From a virus (taxonomy: Duplodnaviria; Caudoviricetes), in IMG/VR virus record IMGVR_UViG_3300050026_000116, positions 1 through 35,313 of that record: DNA of 35,313 nucleotides; one strand, given 5' to 3'. The translations under genes and the position numbers were made by a program. The notes beneath the pieces are model-generated. The model was not told the DNA's origin. It worked only from the letters and a program-made list of their open reading frames with translations, and made no database searches. Shown one piece after another: positions 27,467 through 34,471 of this stretch (positions are counted from its first letter, which is position 1; every line of letters begins with the position of its first letter).

Positions 27467-27627
27467 GGGTGAAGGTCAAAGTATACACGGTTTGACCACC
27501 AAGCGGTGTTGTCAGTGTGCTGTGTCTCGCAATACCAAAGTATATTGGTGTCGTATTGATACTGAATTAACTGCTTATGGTAGGAGCAGCCAGTGCAGCA
27601 TAGAAAGAGAAAAAGTAGGTATTTCAT
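27463..27627 (-). CDS. Small predicted lipoprotein
   Basis: From ATG 27627: MKYLLFLFLCCTG-C, lipobox-like. The longer start at 27657 is also possible. Confidence 0.55.
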   Translation of the reverse strand: MKYLLFLFLCCTGCSYHKQLIQYQYDTNILWYCETQHTDNTAWWSNRVYFDLHP

Positions 27628-27649
27628 TTCACCTGTCCTTTTCGTTCGC

Positions 27650-29056
27650 TCATACAAACGTCACTTTCTTATACATTGTTTTCCAGTAGTCTTTCACTTG
27701 TTCAACTTGATAACTGAAATGGGTTGTGTTCTTTTCTATCGACAACACTCGGCGATTTAACCGTAGTCCACTAATAACTCCACTACCTTCACCCGCAAAC
27801 GGATCAAGGACTGTTTGCCCCTCGGTGCTGACGGCTTCGTATAGATACTTCCATATATGAAACGGTTTCGCAAATTGATTTGACACCCGCTCGGCGTCAT
27901 TAGAACAAACCTCCCAGTTTAATGCCACAGGTTTAGGTAGTTGTGCTTTGCCTTTACGACACACCATAGCAATCTCTGTTGCTTTTGTGATGTTGATGTG
28001 TGCCATTTGGTTTAAGGCTTGGGGTTTACACCAGACTAAAGGCCAACGTTGTACACGAAAGCCAGCGGATTCAGCGAGGGTGTAGAGGTATTGCCACTGC
28101 ATTTGGTCGCACCAGTGGATGAAATAGCCGCCGTCACGGAGGACACGATAGAACGGAGCCATCATGGTTGAAAGTAGGTTTATGTTCTCGTCGACTTCGT
28201 GTTCGTCTTTAACGCGTGAGATGTCGTTAAAACGTGTTTTGGATTGGTCAAGAACGTCAAGATCAATCGCGAATGGTGGGTCGGTGATGATGTGGTCGAC
28301 GCTGTCTGCGGGCCATTCTGCGAGAACTTCGCGGCAATCTCCACAGAAAAGACTATGAGATAAGTCGATTTGGTGGTCGATGACGTCGCCGCCAGAGAGT
28401 TCGTCGTCGGCGAATAGTGATACAGTGGCGGCGTCGGGTGTAGGTAAAGGAGTGGCAACGCTAACCATACCTGTGCGACGTGCTTGCTCTGCAATGGCTT
28501 TGTCTTCGAGGATGCGGTAGTAAACCCTTAAAGCGTCAGTTATGGAAGTGCAATCGTTGTATTTTTCATCCACGATTAACGGAGCAAGGGTAAGGCAGTT
28601 AGTTACATACACACGAGAATACCCGCCCAACAGCTCTCCCGTCATTTCTTGCGTCCATTCAGTGCGGTTAATCGCAGCTTCGCGGCTACGGGTGGTGTGA
28701 ACTGCACAGACAGATTTTATAGTTTCACGCCAGGTTAGGTCAAGCCGACGTAGGTTGGTTTCGAGTTCAACTTCAAAGTATTCAGCGGGGCTTAAAGCGT
28801 CCCGACGGTAGACAGGGATAAGGTTATACTTCTCTGGATTAGCTTTTCGTAACCGCAGCCACGATGTAAACCGACACCAACCATCAACAAGAGTGTTTGT
28901 TTGGTCTAAAAGAATGGGTTGAAGAAGGCCGTAACGTTCGATGGAACTACAAAGCTGTTCAAGGTGAGATTCGATGTCAGGCCGAGAGGCACTAGTGCCA
29001 TCACGGACGCGGTGTTCGATGTTTATTTGTTCAACGGGGAATAATTCTTGGGACAT
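27650..29056 (-). CDS. ParB-domain / HTH / beta-class N4C-N6A DNA methyltransferase fusion
   Basis: ParB box LCSSIERYGLLQPILL..LVDGWCR and ELETNLRR; HTH WTQEMTGELLGGYSRVYVT; MTase motif IV IITDPPF before motif I VLDPFAGEGS. Start moved to ATG 29056. Confidence 0.92.
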   Translation of the reverse strand: MSQELFPVEQINIEHRVRDGTSASRPDIESHLEQLCSSIERYGLLQPILLDQTNTLVDGWCRFTSWLRLRKANPEKYNLIPVYRRDALSPAEYFEVELETNLRRLDLTWRETIKSVCAVHTTRSREAAINRTEWTQEMTGELLGGYSRVYVTNCLTLAPLIVDEKYNDCTSITDALRVYYRILEDKAIAEQARRTGMVSVATPLPTPDAATVSLFADDELSGGDVIDHQIDLSHSLFCGDCREVLAEWPADSVDHIITDPPFAIDLDVLDQSKTRFNDISRVKDEHEVDENINLLSTMMAPFYRVLRDGGYFIHWCDQMQWQYLYTLAESAGFRVQRWPLVWCKPQALNQMAHINITKATEIAMVCRKGKAQLPKPVALNWEVCSNDAERVSNQFAKPFHIWKYLYEAVSTEGQTVLDPFAGEGSGVISGLRLNRRVLSIEKNTTHFSYQVEQVKDYWKTMYKKVTFV

Positions 29057-29065
29057 ATAGTTGGG

Positions 29066-29078
29066 GTCATTAAATGAC
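29066..29078. promoter_or_regulatory. 13-bp palindrome GTCATTWAATGAC, copy 5
   Basis: GTCATTAAATGAC on +; 9 nt upstream of the ParB-MTase ATG; dyad extends to 29060-29084 with one mismatch. Confidence 0.85.
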
Positions 29079-29107
29079 CTCAACGGAGGGGTTAGCCCCC
29101 GTTGAGG
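29078..29107 (-). terminator. GC-rich hairpin after the SSB gene (terminator or stabilising stem)
   Basis: CCTCAACGG(A)GGG-GTTAG-CCCCCGTTGAGG on +. No clear U-tract. Confidence 0.55.
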
Positions 29108-29120
29108 ACAATGTTAGTGG

Positions 29121-29618
29121 TTAGACGACGAAGCGAACAATCTTGTTAGATTCGTCTGGGTAGTCTTCGTTGCCCTTTTGCACTTTGACCTTTGCGCGGA
29201 CAATCTTTCCCTCGTATCGGCCGAGGGGGAAGAACGCACCGATTTCACCACATCCGTCTTTCTCGAAGTTCGCGAGAGCACGGTTGATAGATGAGATGGT
29301 GTAGTCAGGGGTTGGCGTAATGCTGATGGTGTGGAACAACGGAAAGCCGGGGGCGATAGGTTCACCAGTGATGCTGGTGCGGTCGTCCGTGGTTTTCAGT
29401 TGTATTTTGATCACGTCGCCCGTGTCTTTGCTGTTGCGCTTTTGTTCGACTTTCACAACCGCGAGAGCATATTCGTCCGGCGGGAGCAACGGCATTGCGG
29501 TGGAGGTGTCGGTTTGGTCGTTCATCAGGATGGGGTTGATGTCACCTGTGTCTGATTGACTTTGTTGATTAGTCTCGTTAGACTGCGTTTCCTCTGCTGT
29601 TTGCTTTTCTTTCTTCAT
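29121..29618 (-). CDS. Single-stranded DNA-binding protein, DUF669-like
   Basis: PLLPPDEYALAVVKVE..KIQLK...EGKIVRAKVK..Y..SNKI pattern; lies downstream of the Sak4-like ATPase. Confidence 0.8.
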   Translation of the reverse strand: MKKEKQTAEETQSNETNQQSQSDTGDINPILMNDQTDTSTAMPLLPPDEYALAVVKVEQKRNSKDTGDVIKIQLKTTDDRTSITGEPIAPGFPLFHTISITPTPDYTISSINRALANFEKDGCGEIGAFFPLGRYEGKIVRAKVKVQKGNEDYPDESNKIVRFVV

Positions 29619-29643
29619 ACTAGTTGTATTTCTGTTGTTTGTT

Positions 29644-29667
29644 AAAAAGCGGTGAAGCGTCGCCGCT
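29644..29667 (-). terminator. Intrinsic terminator-like hairpin upstream of the SSB gene
   Basis: Minus strand AGCGGCGA-CGCU-UCACCGCU followed by UUUU. Confidence 0.6.
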
Positions 29668-29696
29668 AACGTTGGACAATACGCCCAAAGGTTAAA

Positions 29697-29846
29697 GGCT
29701 GCCTACTAGAAGCCGGTCGAACATATTAAACACTACTTGTGTAGGCTAAGACTGGTCCTTAGATGTGTTAAGCGCGTAAGCCACACTAAGAGTATCCAGT
29801 GCCGTATATTATACGTGCTCATGTTGCCTTGTCCCGTTCAGCAGCC
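29697..29846 (-). ncRNA. Candidate ~150-nt rod-shaped structured RNA
   Basis: Nested helices GGCUGC/GCAGCC, GAA/UUC, CGG/CCG, AACAUG/UAUGUU, AGCAC/GUGUU, central bubble, GGC/GCC, ACUGG/CCAGU, CUUAG/CUAAG, UGUG/CACA. G-U pairs favour the minus strand. No ORF in the track. Confidence 0.6.
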
Positions 29847-29857
29847 AAATCATATTA

Positions 29858-30595
29858 TTACTTCTTAAGGAATTTCTCCACCGCTTCGTAAGAGGCTTCA
29901 AGTGTGTTACCACAAAGGATGGAGTTTTTGAGTTGACTAACGGCAGTGGGGTGGGTGGTTACTATAGCTTTAAGTCCTCTTGTGCCACCTTGATCAACAA
30001 GCGTGCAGCGCCAGATGTCACTGAAGTAGTAACCAAAATAAGCACTAATGCCGGTGCTTATAGAGGGAACGTATGCTTCGATTGCGCCTTTTTTGTCGTA
30101 TTCGATTTTTTCGTGGCAGTTGACGATTACGGTTTTACCAGAGGCTTTACATTCAGATAGGAAAGCGTGAAGCTCACGCTTGTAAGGAGCCCAGTTAAAA
30201 CCTTCGAGTTCTTTGAGACCTTGCACGCGGCAGCTATGGGCGTAGAGTGCTTGGTCACACCAAGTGAGGGTGTCAAGGCCGATGGTTTGGATTGAGGGGT
30301 CTTTTATCGCAGCACGGGCGAGGGCGCGTAGTCGATCCCAACCAAATTTGAGGTCAACAAGGTCGCCTTTGTGGTGCTCGCCTTCGTCGTCTTCGTATTG
30401 AGAGATGGTGTCATACTTAAAAGGCTTGAACTTGTTGATGCTTTTTAAGTAACGGACGGGGCCGGCAAGGTTACGGTCGCAGTTAAGGATATACAACCCA
30501 GGGAACTGCATCATTAAGGTAGTTTTGCCACCACCGGGAGGTCCCATAAGGAGGATTGATAACGCTTCGGTTAGATTTTGGTCTGAGGTTTTCAT
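29858..30595 (-). CDS. AAA_24 / Sak4-like ATPase (single-strand annealing recombinase)
   Basis: ILLMGPPGGGKTT, TIGLDTLT and VIVNCHE; lies between the exonuclease and SSB genes. Confidence 0.85.
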   Translation of the reverse strand: MKTSDQNLTEALSILLMGPPGGGKTTLMMQFPGLYILNCDRNLAGPVRYLKSINKFKPFKYDTISQYEDDEGEHHKGDLVDLKFGWDRLRALARAAIKDPSIQTIGLDTLTWCDQALYAHSCRVQGLKELEGFNWAPYKRELHAFLSECKASGKTVIVNCHEKIEYDKKGAIEAYVPSISTGISAYFGYYFSDIWRCTLVDQGGTRGLKAIVTTHPTAVSQLKNSILCGNTLEASYEAVEKFLKK

Positions 30596-30596
30596 G

Positions 30597-30995
30597 TTAT
30601 TCCTTGTCGATACATTGGAGTTTTAGACGTTTTTCTGTGTGTTCAGGGACGTAAGTTGAAGGAACAACTACTAGTTCTTCAACTAATTTACAGTTTGGGG
30701 GCGGCTCCCCTGCCCAACAACGGAAAGAAAGACCGTCTATGGTTGTGGTGTAGTCAATGACTTTACCTCGGTATGTTTTCTCCCATTTACCTGCTTTGAC
30801 TATCGCCATAACTTTTACGATTTTGTCGTGAGGTAAGTGGTTGAATTCGAGGCTACAACCTGTGTATATTTCAGCTTCTATACTTTCGGCGTCTAATTCT
30901 TCTGCGTGTGTTTGCAACCAAATAACACACTTAACAAACTTACCCCTCCGATTGTTTTCGTCTTTGATTTCTTGTTCTAGTATTTCTTTTATCAT
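30597..30995 (-). CDS. Hypothetical protein
   Basis: 132 aa from ATG 30995; fills the gap between nuclease and ATPase. Confidence 0.7.
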   Translation of the reverse strand: MIKEILEQEIKDENNRRGKFVKCVIWLQTHAEELDAESIEAEIYTGCSLEFNHLPHDKIVKVMAIVKAGKWEKTYRGKVIDYTTTIDGLSFRCWAGEPPPNCKLVEELVVVPSTYVPEHTEKRLKLQCIDKE

Positions 30996-31000
30996 AGTTT

Positions 31001-31984
31001 TTACTTTCTGTATAATGGTGACCATTTGTTTTCTTCGAACGCATTTGATGCTAATGCTGTTGCACGGCTACGTTCAGGCAGTGAACAGACATTGAAAAAC
31101 TCACACATACCATATTTGCCGCGGCAATGGTAGTGATGACGGGGAAAGATATTCCGGTCGTAGTGCCATAAAAACGTCTCAACTTGGTGGAGCATGTTTT
31201 CAAACCATTCTTCGAGTTGACCGGCAGGTTCTTTGGTGAAGAAACGTTGGCTTTCAAATGTGAGGGGAATAGCTGCGCCGGGTTTGCCACTCTTAGTAGG
31301 AGGTGCTATAACCTTACCAAGCACTTCGTCGAAGATAGCGTTTTGGATGCTTTCTCGCACCGCAATGGCGTCGTAGACATAGCCGACAGGTTCAATACCA
31401 GTAGATTCACGCAGCGCCCAACAGTAGCCTTTAAGTTGTTCCGACATTTGAGCTTCGTTCCAAGTGGTTTCACCAAGCATAGAGGTGGTTTTGTAGTCAC
31501 GGACGAACACTCCTTCGGGAAATTTTACAACGCGGTCTATGCGGCCGATGTATATTATTCGACGACCGCGGACGATTTCGGGTATTTCGATAGCAAAAGG
31601 TTGTTCAACCATAGGCCAACCATACTTTGGGTGTGGAAGGATAGTGCTTTTATCCGCCGCAACCATAGGGTCGGTATTATACCCTTTGATTACTTTCACA
31701 GCATTCTCGAAATTACGATAGCCTTCATTTTCACACGGAGTGGACATGAAGTGATGTTCGAGAATACGCACCTGCTTGCCTTCGTCGACTTCGTGGCCGT
31801 AGAAGTGCTTGCGGTTACGGAAAGCAAGAGCGGCGTGAATGTGGCGGCCGAAGCGTAAGGCTGCGCCTTCACCGGCGGTTCGACGGTTGTCGATGAAAGA
31901 GGTTTTACCTTTCCACGGACAGGTGGTGATTTGTTCTATAAGGCCGTTGTCGACCAAGAAACAGTTGTCAATGAAGCGGGTCAT
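31001..31984 (-). CDS. PD-(D/E)xK exonuclease, Cas4/RecB-like
   Basis: TCP, FGRHIH, E, GRIDRV..VRDYKTT, QLKGY and C-terminal HC..KYGMCEFFNVC (Fe-S-type cysteines). Confidence 0.9.
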   Translation of the reverse strand: MTRFIDNCFLVDNGLIEQITTCPWKGKTSFIDNRRTAGEGAALRFGRHIHAALAFRNRKHFYGHEVDEGKQVRILEHHFMSTPCENEGYRNFENAVKVIKGYNTDPMVAADKSTILPHPKYGWPMVEQPFAIEIPEIVRGRRIIYIGRIDRVVKFPEGVFVRDYKTTSMLGETTWNEAQMSEQLKGYCWALRESTGIEPVGYVYDAIAVRESIQNAIFDEVLGKVIAPPTKSGKPGAAIPLTFESQRFFTKEPAGQLEEWFENMLHQVETFLWHYDRNIFPRHHYHCRGKYGMCEFFNVCSLPERSRATALASNAFEENKWSPLYRK

Positions 31985-32277
31985 ACGGGTTCCTCACTTT
32001 CCTCATCCCCCGCCAACAAATCCCCCAACAACTTCGCCTTTTGCGTCGGCGTAGCGTCCGCAGATTTGCGCGAGGTGCGTTGTGGTTTATTCTCTGCTGA
32101 TAGCTGCTGTGACGTTCTCCGCTCCCTTATGAACTTTACGAACTCGTGGAGCTGTTCGTCCGTCATTTCTTCCACTGGTGTTTGAGTTAGTGCACTCCTC
32201 GCTGCATCCGCATTTAGTAAGGATGTAATTGATGAGGGTGTCACGATCGGCAATGGTGTAGTTGTTTGTTCTGACAT
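31981..32277 (-). CDS. Hypothetical protein
   Basis: 98 aa; ATGA-coupled to the nuclease gene; EEMTDEQLHEFV helix. Confidence 0.7.
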   Translation of the reverse strand: MSEQTTTPLPIVTPSSITSLLNADAARSALTQTPVEEMTDEQLHEFVKFIRERRTSQQLSAENKPQRTSRKSADATPTQKAKLLGDLLAGDEESEEPV

Positions 32278-32443
32278 AATCTGCTAGGTGTTTAAGGAAT
32301 AATGCTTGTGCGATTTGGATGCCACCATGTTCGAGTAGAACAAGGCGAATGGTGTTGACGTCGTCCGCAGGCGCGTCGAGGTTTAGGCGGATTGTTTGGC
32401 CGTCGTAGGAACGATAAGGGTTTATGTATGTGGGGTTTTTCAT
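32087..32443 (-). CDS. Hypothetical protein overlapping the next gene by 191 nt
   Basis: 118 aa; ATGA-coupled to the upstream gene; protein-like N-terminal two thirds. Confidence 0.6.
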   Translation of the reverse strand: MKNPTYINPYRSYDGQTIRLNLDAPADDVNTIRLVLLEHGGIQIAQALFLKHLADYVRTNNYTIADRDTLINYILTKCGCSEECTNSNTSGRNDGRTAPRVRKVHKGAENVTAAISRE

Positions 32444-32973
32444 AGGATGGTGTAAGTATCTCCGTCTTTAGTAACGGAGATGTCATATTTCTGTTCGAGG
32501 GATTTGATGTCGAACGTGGTTTGAATGGTTGACGGCTGTAAGAGGAGTTGATGGTGATGAAGAACAACTACTGCGTGGATTAGTTCCTCAGAAGGGTTGA
32601 CAAGGTTGATCTTTGCAAGGTCTTCGATGTCATGGTCGACGTCCTGCGCCCGCATGACCTTATTTGGAGGAGTGAGTTTCCGCACAAGGTCGTAAGGGCC
32701 ACAGACAACCTTGCCGGGCTGTGCGTTGGTGGAGACCACGACCTCGTCGCAGATTTGGATGAACTTCGCCATGTCCCAGTCGATTGGCCATTGGTTGTTA
32801 CGGAGGGATTTTATAGCTATACGGATACGGGTGCTAAGGGTCTCCGTAGAGGCGACAGGTGGTTGTGGGGTAAAGACTGAGAGTTGTGGCCAACGCTCGG
32901 TGAGTTCGCGGAGGTAACGTTCGTAGAGACGAAAGTGCCGCTCGGTTTGGAGGTAAGGGAGGGAGTTATTCAT
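32440..32973 (-). CDS. Hypothetical protein
   Basis: 177-aa ORF with A-rich leader in the coupled chain. Confidence 0.75.
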   Translation of the reverse strand: MNNSLPYLQTERHFRLYERYLRELTERWPQLSVFTPQPPVASTETLSTRIRIAIKSLRNNQWPIDWDMAKFIQICDEVVVSTNAQPGKVVCGPYDLVRKLTPPNKVMRAQDVDHDIEDLAKINLVNPSEELIHAVVVLHHHQLLLQPSTIQTTFDIKSLEQKYDISVTKDGDTYTIL

Positions 32974-33106
32974 GTTCGTTATTTTTAATAGAAAGGTTTA
33001 TTTCTATGTTACGTAGTATACGACGGATTTGTTCAAGCCGATGTAATAGCTCGAAGAAGGCGCAAACAGGTATACCAACTTCAAATATAGTCCATAATGT
33101 TTTCAT
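32966..33106 (-). CDS. 46-aa hypothetical protein (not in the ORF track)
   Basis: Translated by hand: MKTLWTIFEVGIPVCAFFELLHRLEQIRRILRNIEINLSIKNNEHE*. ATGA-coupled upstream and overlaps the next start. Confidence 0.6.
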   Translation of the reverse strand: MKTLWTIFEVGIPVCAFFELLHRLEQIRRILRNIEINLSIKNNEHE

Positions 33107-33285
33107 TTTCTGTGTGTATACTCCTTTCTGATTTGTGCCTCTTGTATTGCAAGCATGTCTTTCAACTTCGCAATGTCGAGTGCGTAACCGTCGTCAGGGT
33201 CGACGTCGGCGGTGAGTTCAAAACGGACACTTTCATAGTTGCCGACGTTGATTGTGCGGCCTAGAGTGATTCGAGTGATTTTCAT
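33103..33285 (-). CDS. Small phage hypothetical protein
   Basis: 60 aa; RTINVGNYESVRFEL resembles a motif common in small phage proteins; coupled at both ends. Confidence 0.75.
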   Translation of the reverse strand: MKITRITLGRTINVGNYESVRFELTADVDPDDGYALDIAKLKDMLAIQEAQIRKEYTHRK

Positions 33286-33449
33286 TCTGGTTTCCTTTCG
33301 TCGGCCACAGTTATGACCTTAATTTGACAACAACGAAGAACACATATTTCGTCAACGTTTATCCACAAAACCTTGCCGTCGGCTCTTATACGCACTTCGA
33401 CAACTTTGGGAGACGTTATATCTAACATACTAACTTTTTCAATTTTCAT
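33282..33449 (-). CDS. 55-aa hypothetical protein (not in the ORF track)
   Basis: Translated by hand: MKIEKVSMLDITSPKVVEVRIRADGKVLWINVDEICVLRCCQIKVITVADERKPE*. ATGA overlap with 33285. Confidence 0.7.
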   Translation of the reverse strand: MKIEKVSMLDITSPKVVEVRIRADGKVLWINVDEICVLRCCQIKVITVADERKPE

Positions 33450-33463
33450 ATTTTTCTGTTCAT

Positions 33464-33476
33464 GTCATTTAATGAC
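33464..33476. promoter_or_regulatory. 13-bp palindrome GTCATTWAATGAC, copy 6
   Basis: GTCATTTAATGAC on +; 14 nt upstream of the minus-strand ATG at 33449. Confidence 0.85.
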
Positions 33477-33487
33477 GCCAACGGATT

Positions 33488-33694
33488 AAAAAATCTAGAG
33501 TTATTTGAGTTATACGTGGACGATATAGCTCTTGATTAGTAAAAGACCACGGGGGCTAACCACCAATACGATGTCACTCCGCCGAAGCAGGTAATACGGT
33601 AAAGATGGATGCCACGAAAAGGTTGCACATCAACACTCCGGTTACTTTCCGTCATCTGGATAGTTGTTAGGCTCCAGTCCATGTTGATGTGCAA
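33488..33694 (-). ncRNA. Candidate multi-domain structured RNA or structured 3' UTR
   Basis: Perfect 13-bp inverted repeat (33623-33635 / 33682-33694) enclosing two small stems, then a long hairpin capped by cUUCGg, then a hairpin followed by U6. Confidence 0.55.
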
Positions 33695-33699
33695 GGTGT

Positions 33700-34383
33700 T
33701 TACGCCTTCAACCCGGCGAGAGGATTGGCACGATAGGCTTTGACTGCGAACGCGACAGCACGAATGTTCTTCGCTTCGTGTTCGGGGTCGGAAGTATCGA
33801 CCAGTTCCACCGGCACGCCGGTGATGTCAGTGATTCTCGCCAACGAGACGCGCAGTTTCTTCTGCCCTTGTGCGAGCAATGCCTTCGCGGTTTCGAGGTC
33901 GAGCTTACCGGGTTCGGTAGAGGACGGACCTTTACGCTCACGCTGAGACGGATCAAACTTGATCTTGTCGTTGCTGTCGTCGGGGAGTGCGGAGTTCACC
34001 GCCATGATTTCGTCCAGTATGGACTGGAAGGTGGTCACTGCCACGCCCTTTGTCGCGGCAACACGACTAATATACTTCCCTTCGGATTCGTCGAAGACTT
34101 GTTCGATTGTGCCGGACGTGTCGGGCTTCGCACCGGGTTTGTTCTTTGTCTCACGCGGAATGTCGGGGTTGAGTTCCGCCAGCTTGATGGCAAGTGCACG
34201 ACGAATCTCTGCGAAAGCGCCGCGATACATGACGTTTTCAATCGCGTCGTCGAGCACCGCGACGCCGGTGCTGTTTTCATCCATCCGGAGCACACCCGCA
34301 AGAGCGGAGTATTCGTCAATGGTGGTGGGTGTAGTTACGCGGAATTTCAATCCGCCCTGAAGTTCCCAACGTGTTTCTTTCAT
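33700..34383 (-). CDS. Hypothetical protein, probably highly expressed
   Basis: 227 aa from ATG 34383; GC-rich, C-ending codons like the capsid and SSB genes; A-rich leader ending TAGT-ATG like the SSB gene. Confidence 0.8.
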   Translation of the reverse strand: MKETRWELQGGLKFRVTTPTTIDEYSALAGVLRMDENSTGVAVLDDAIENVMYRGAFAEIRRALAIKLAELNPDIPRETKNKPGAKPDTSGTIEQVFDESEGKYISRVAATKGVAVTTFQSILDEIMAVNSALPDDSNDKIKFDPSQRERKGPSSTEPGKLDLETAKALLAQGQKKLRVSLARITDITGVPVELVDTSDPEHEAKNIRAVAFAVKAYRANPLAGLKA

Positions 34384-34401
34384 ACTAATGTTTTTTACTA
34401 T

Positions 34402-34465
34402 GCAGCTCACGCTGCGGTGTTTAAACGTAGAGACAGCTACGGTGCTGATGAACCATCAAGGTTCA
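34402..34465 (-). other. Three tandem short hairpins in an intergenic leader
   Basis: Minus strand UGAACC-UUGAU-GGUUCA, CGUAG-CUGUCU-CUACG and GCAGC-GUGA-GCUGC (GNRA loop). Confidence 0.6.
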
Positions 34466-34471
34466 AATTGG

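Noticed and set aside
31001-31984. Cas4-like nuclease as part of a CRISPR-Cas system
   Set aside because: No array or other cas genes; the exonuclease-Sak4-SSB context indicates a phage recombination module.
4391-33476. Palindromes as CRISPR repeats, att sites or transposon ends
   Set aside because: Only 13 bp and kilobases apart, with no spacer structure and no integrase or transposase seen; their position tracks start codons.
33549-33561. ACGGGGGCTAACC, the reverse complement of 29090-29102
   Set aside because: A single 13-nt match in opposite orientation is expected by chance in 35 kb, and the structural contexts differ.
33636-33681. Hammerhead ribozyme, ZTP or c-di-GMP riboswitch, or tRNA in the structured region
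   Set aside because: It reads CAGAUGA rather than CUGANGA, the riboswitch consensus elements are incomplete, and there is no tRNA cloverleaf or T-loop.
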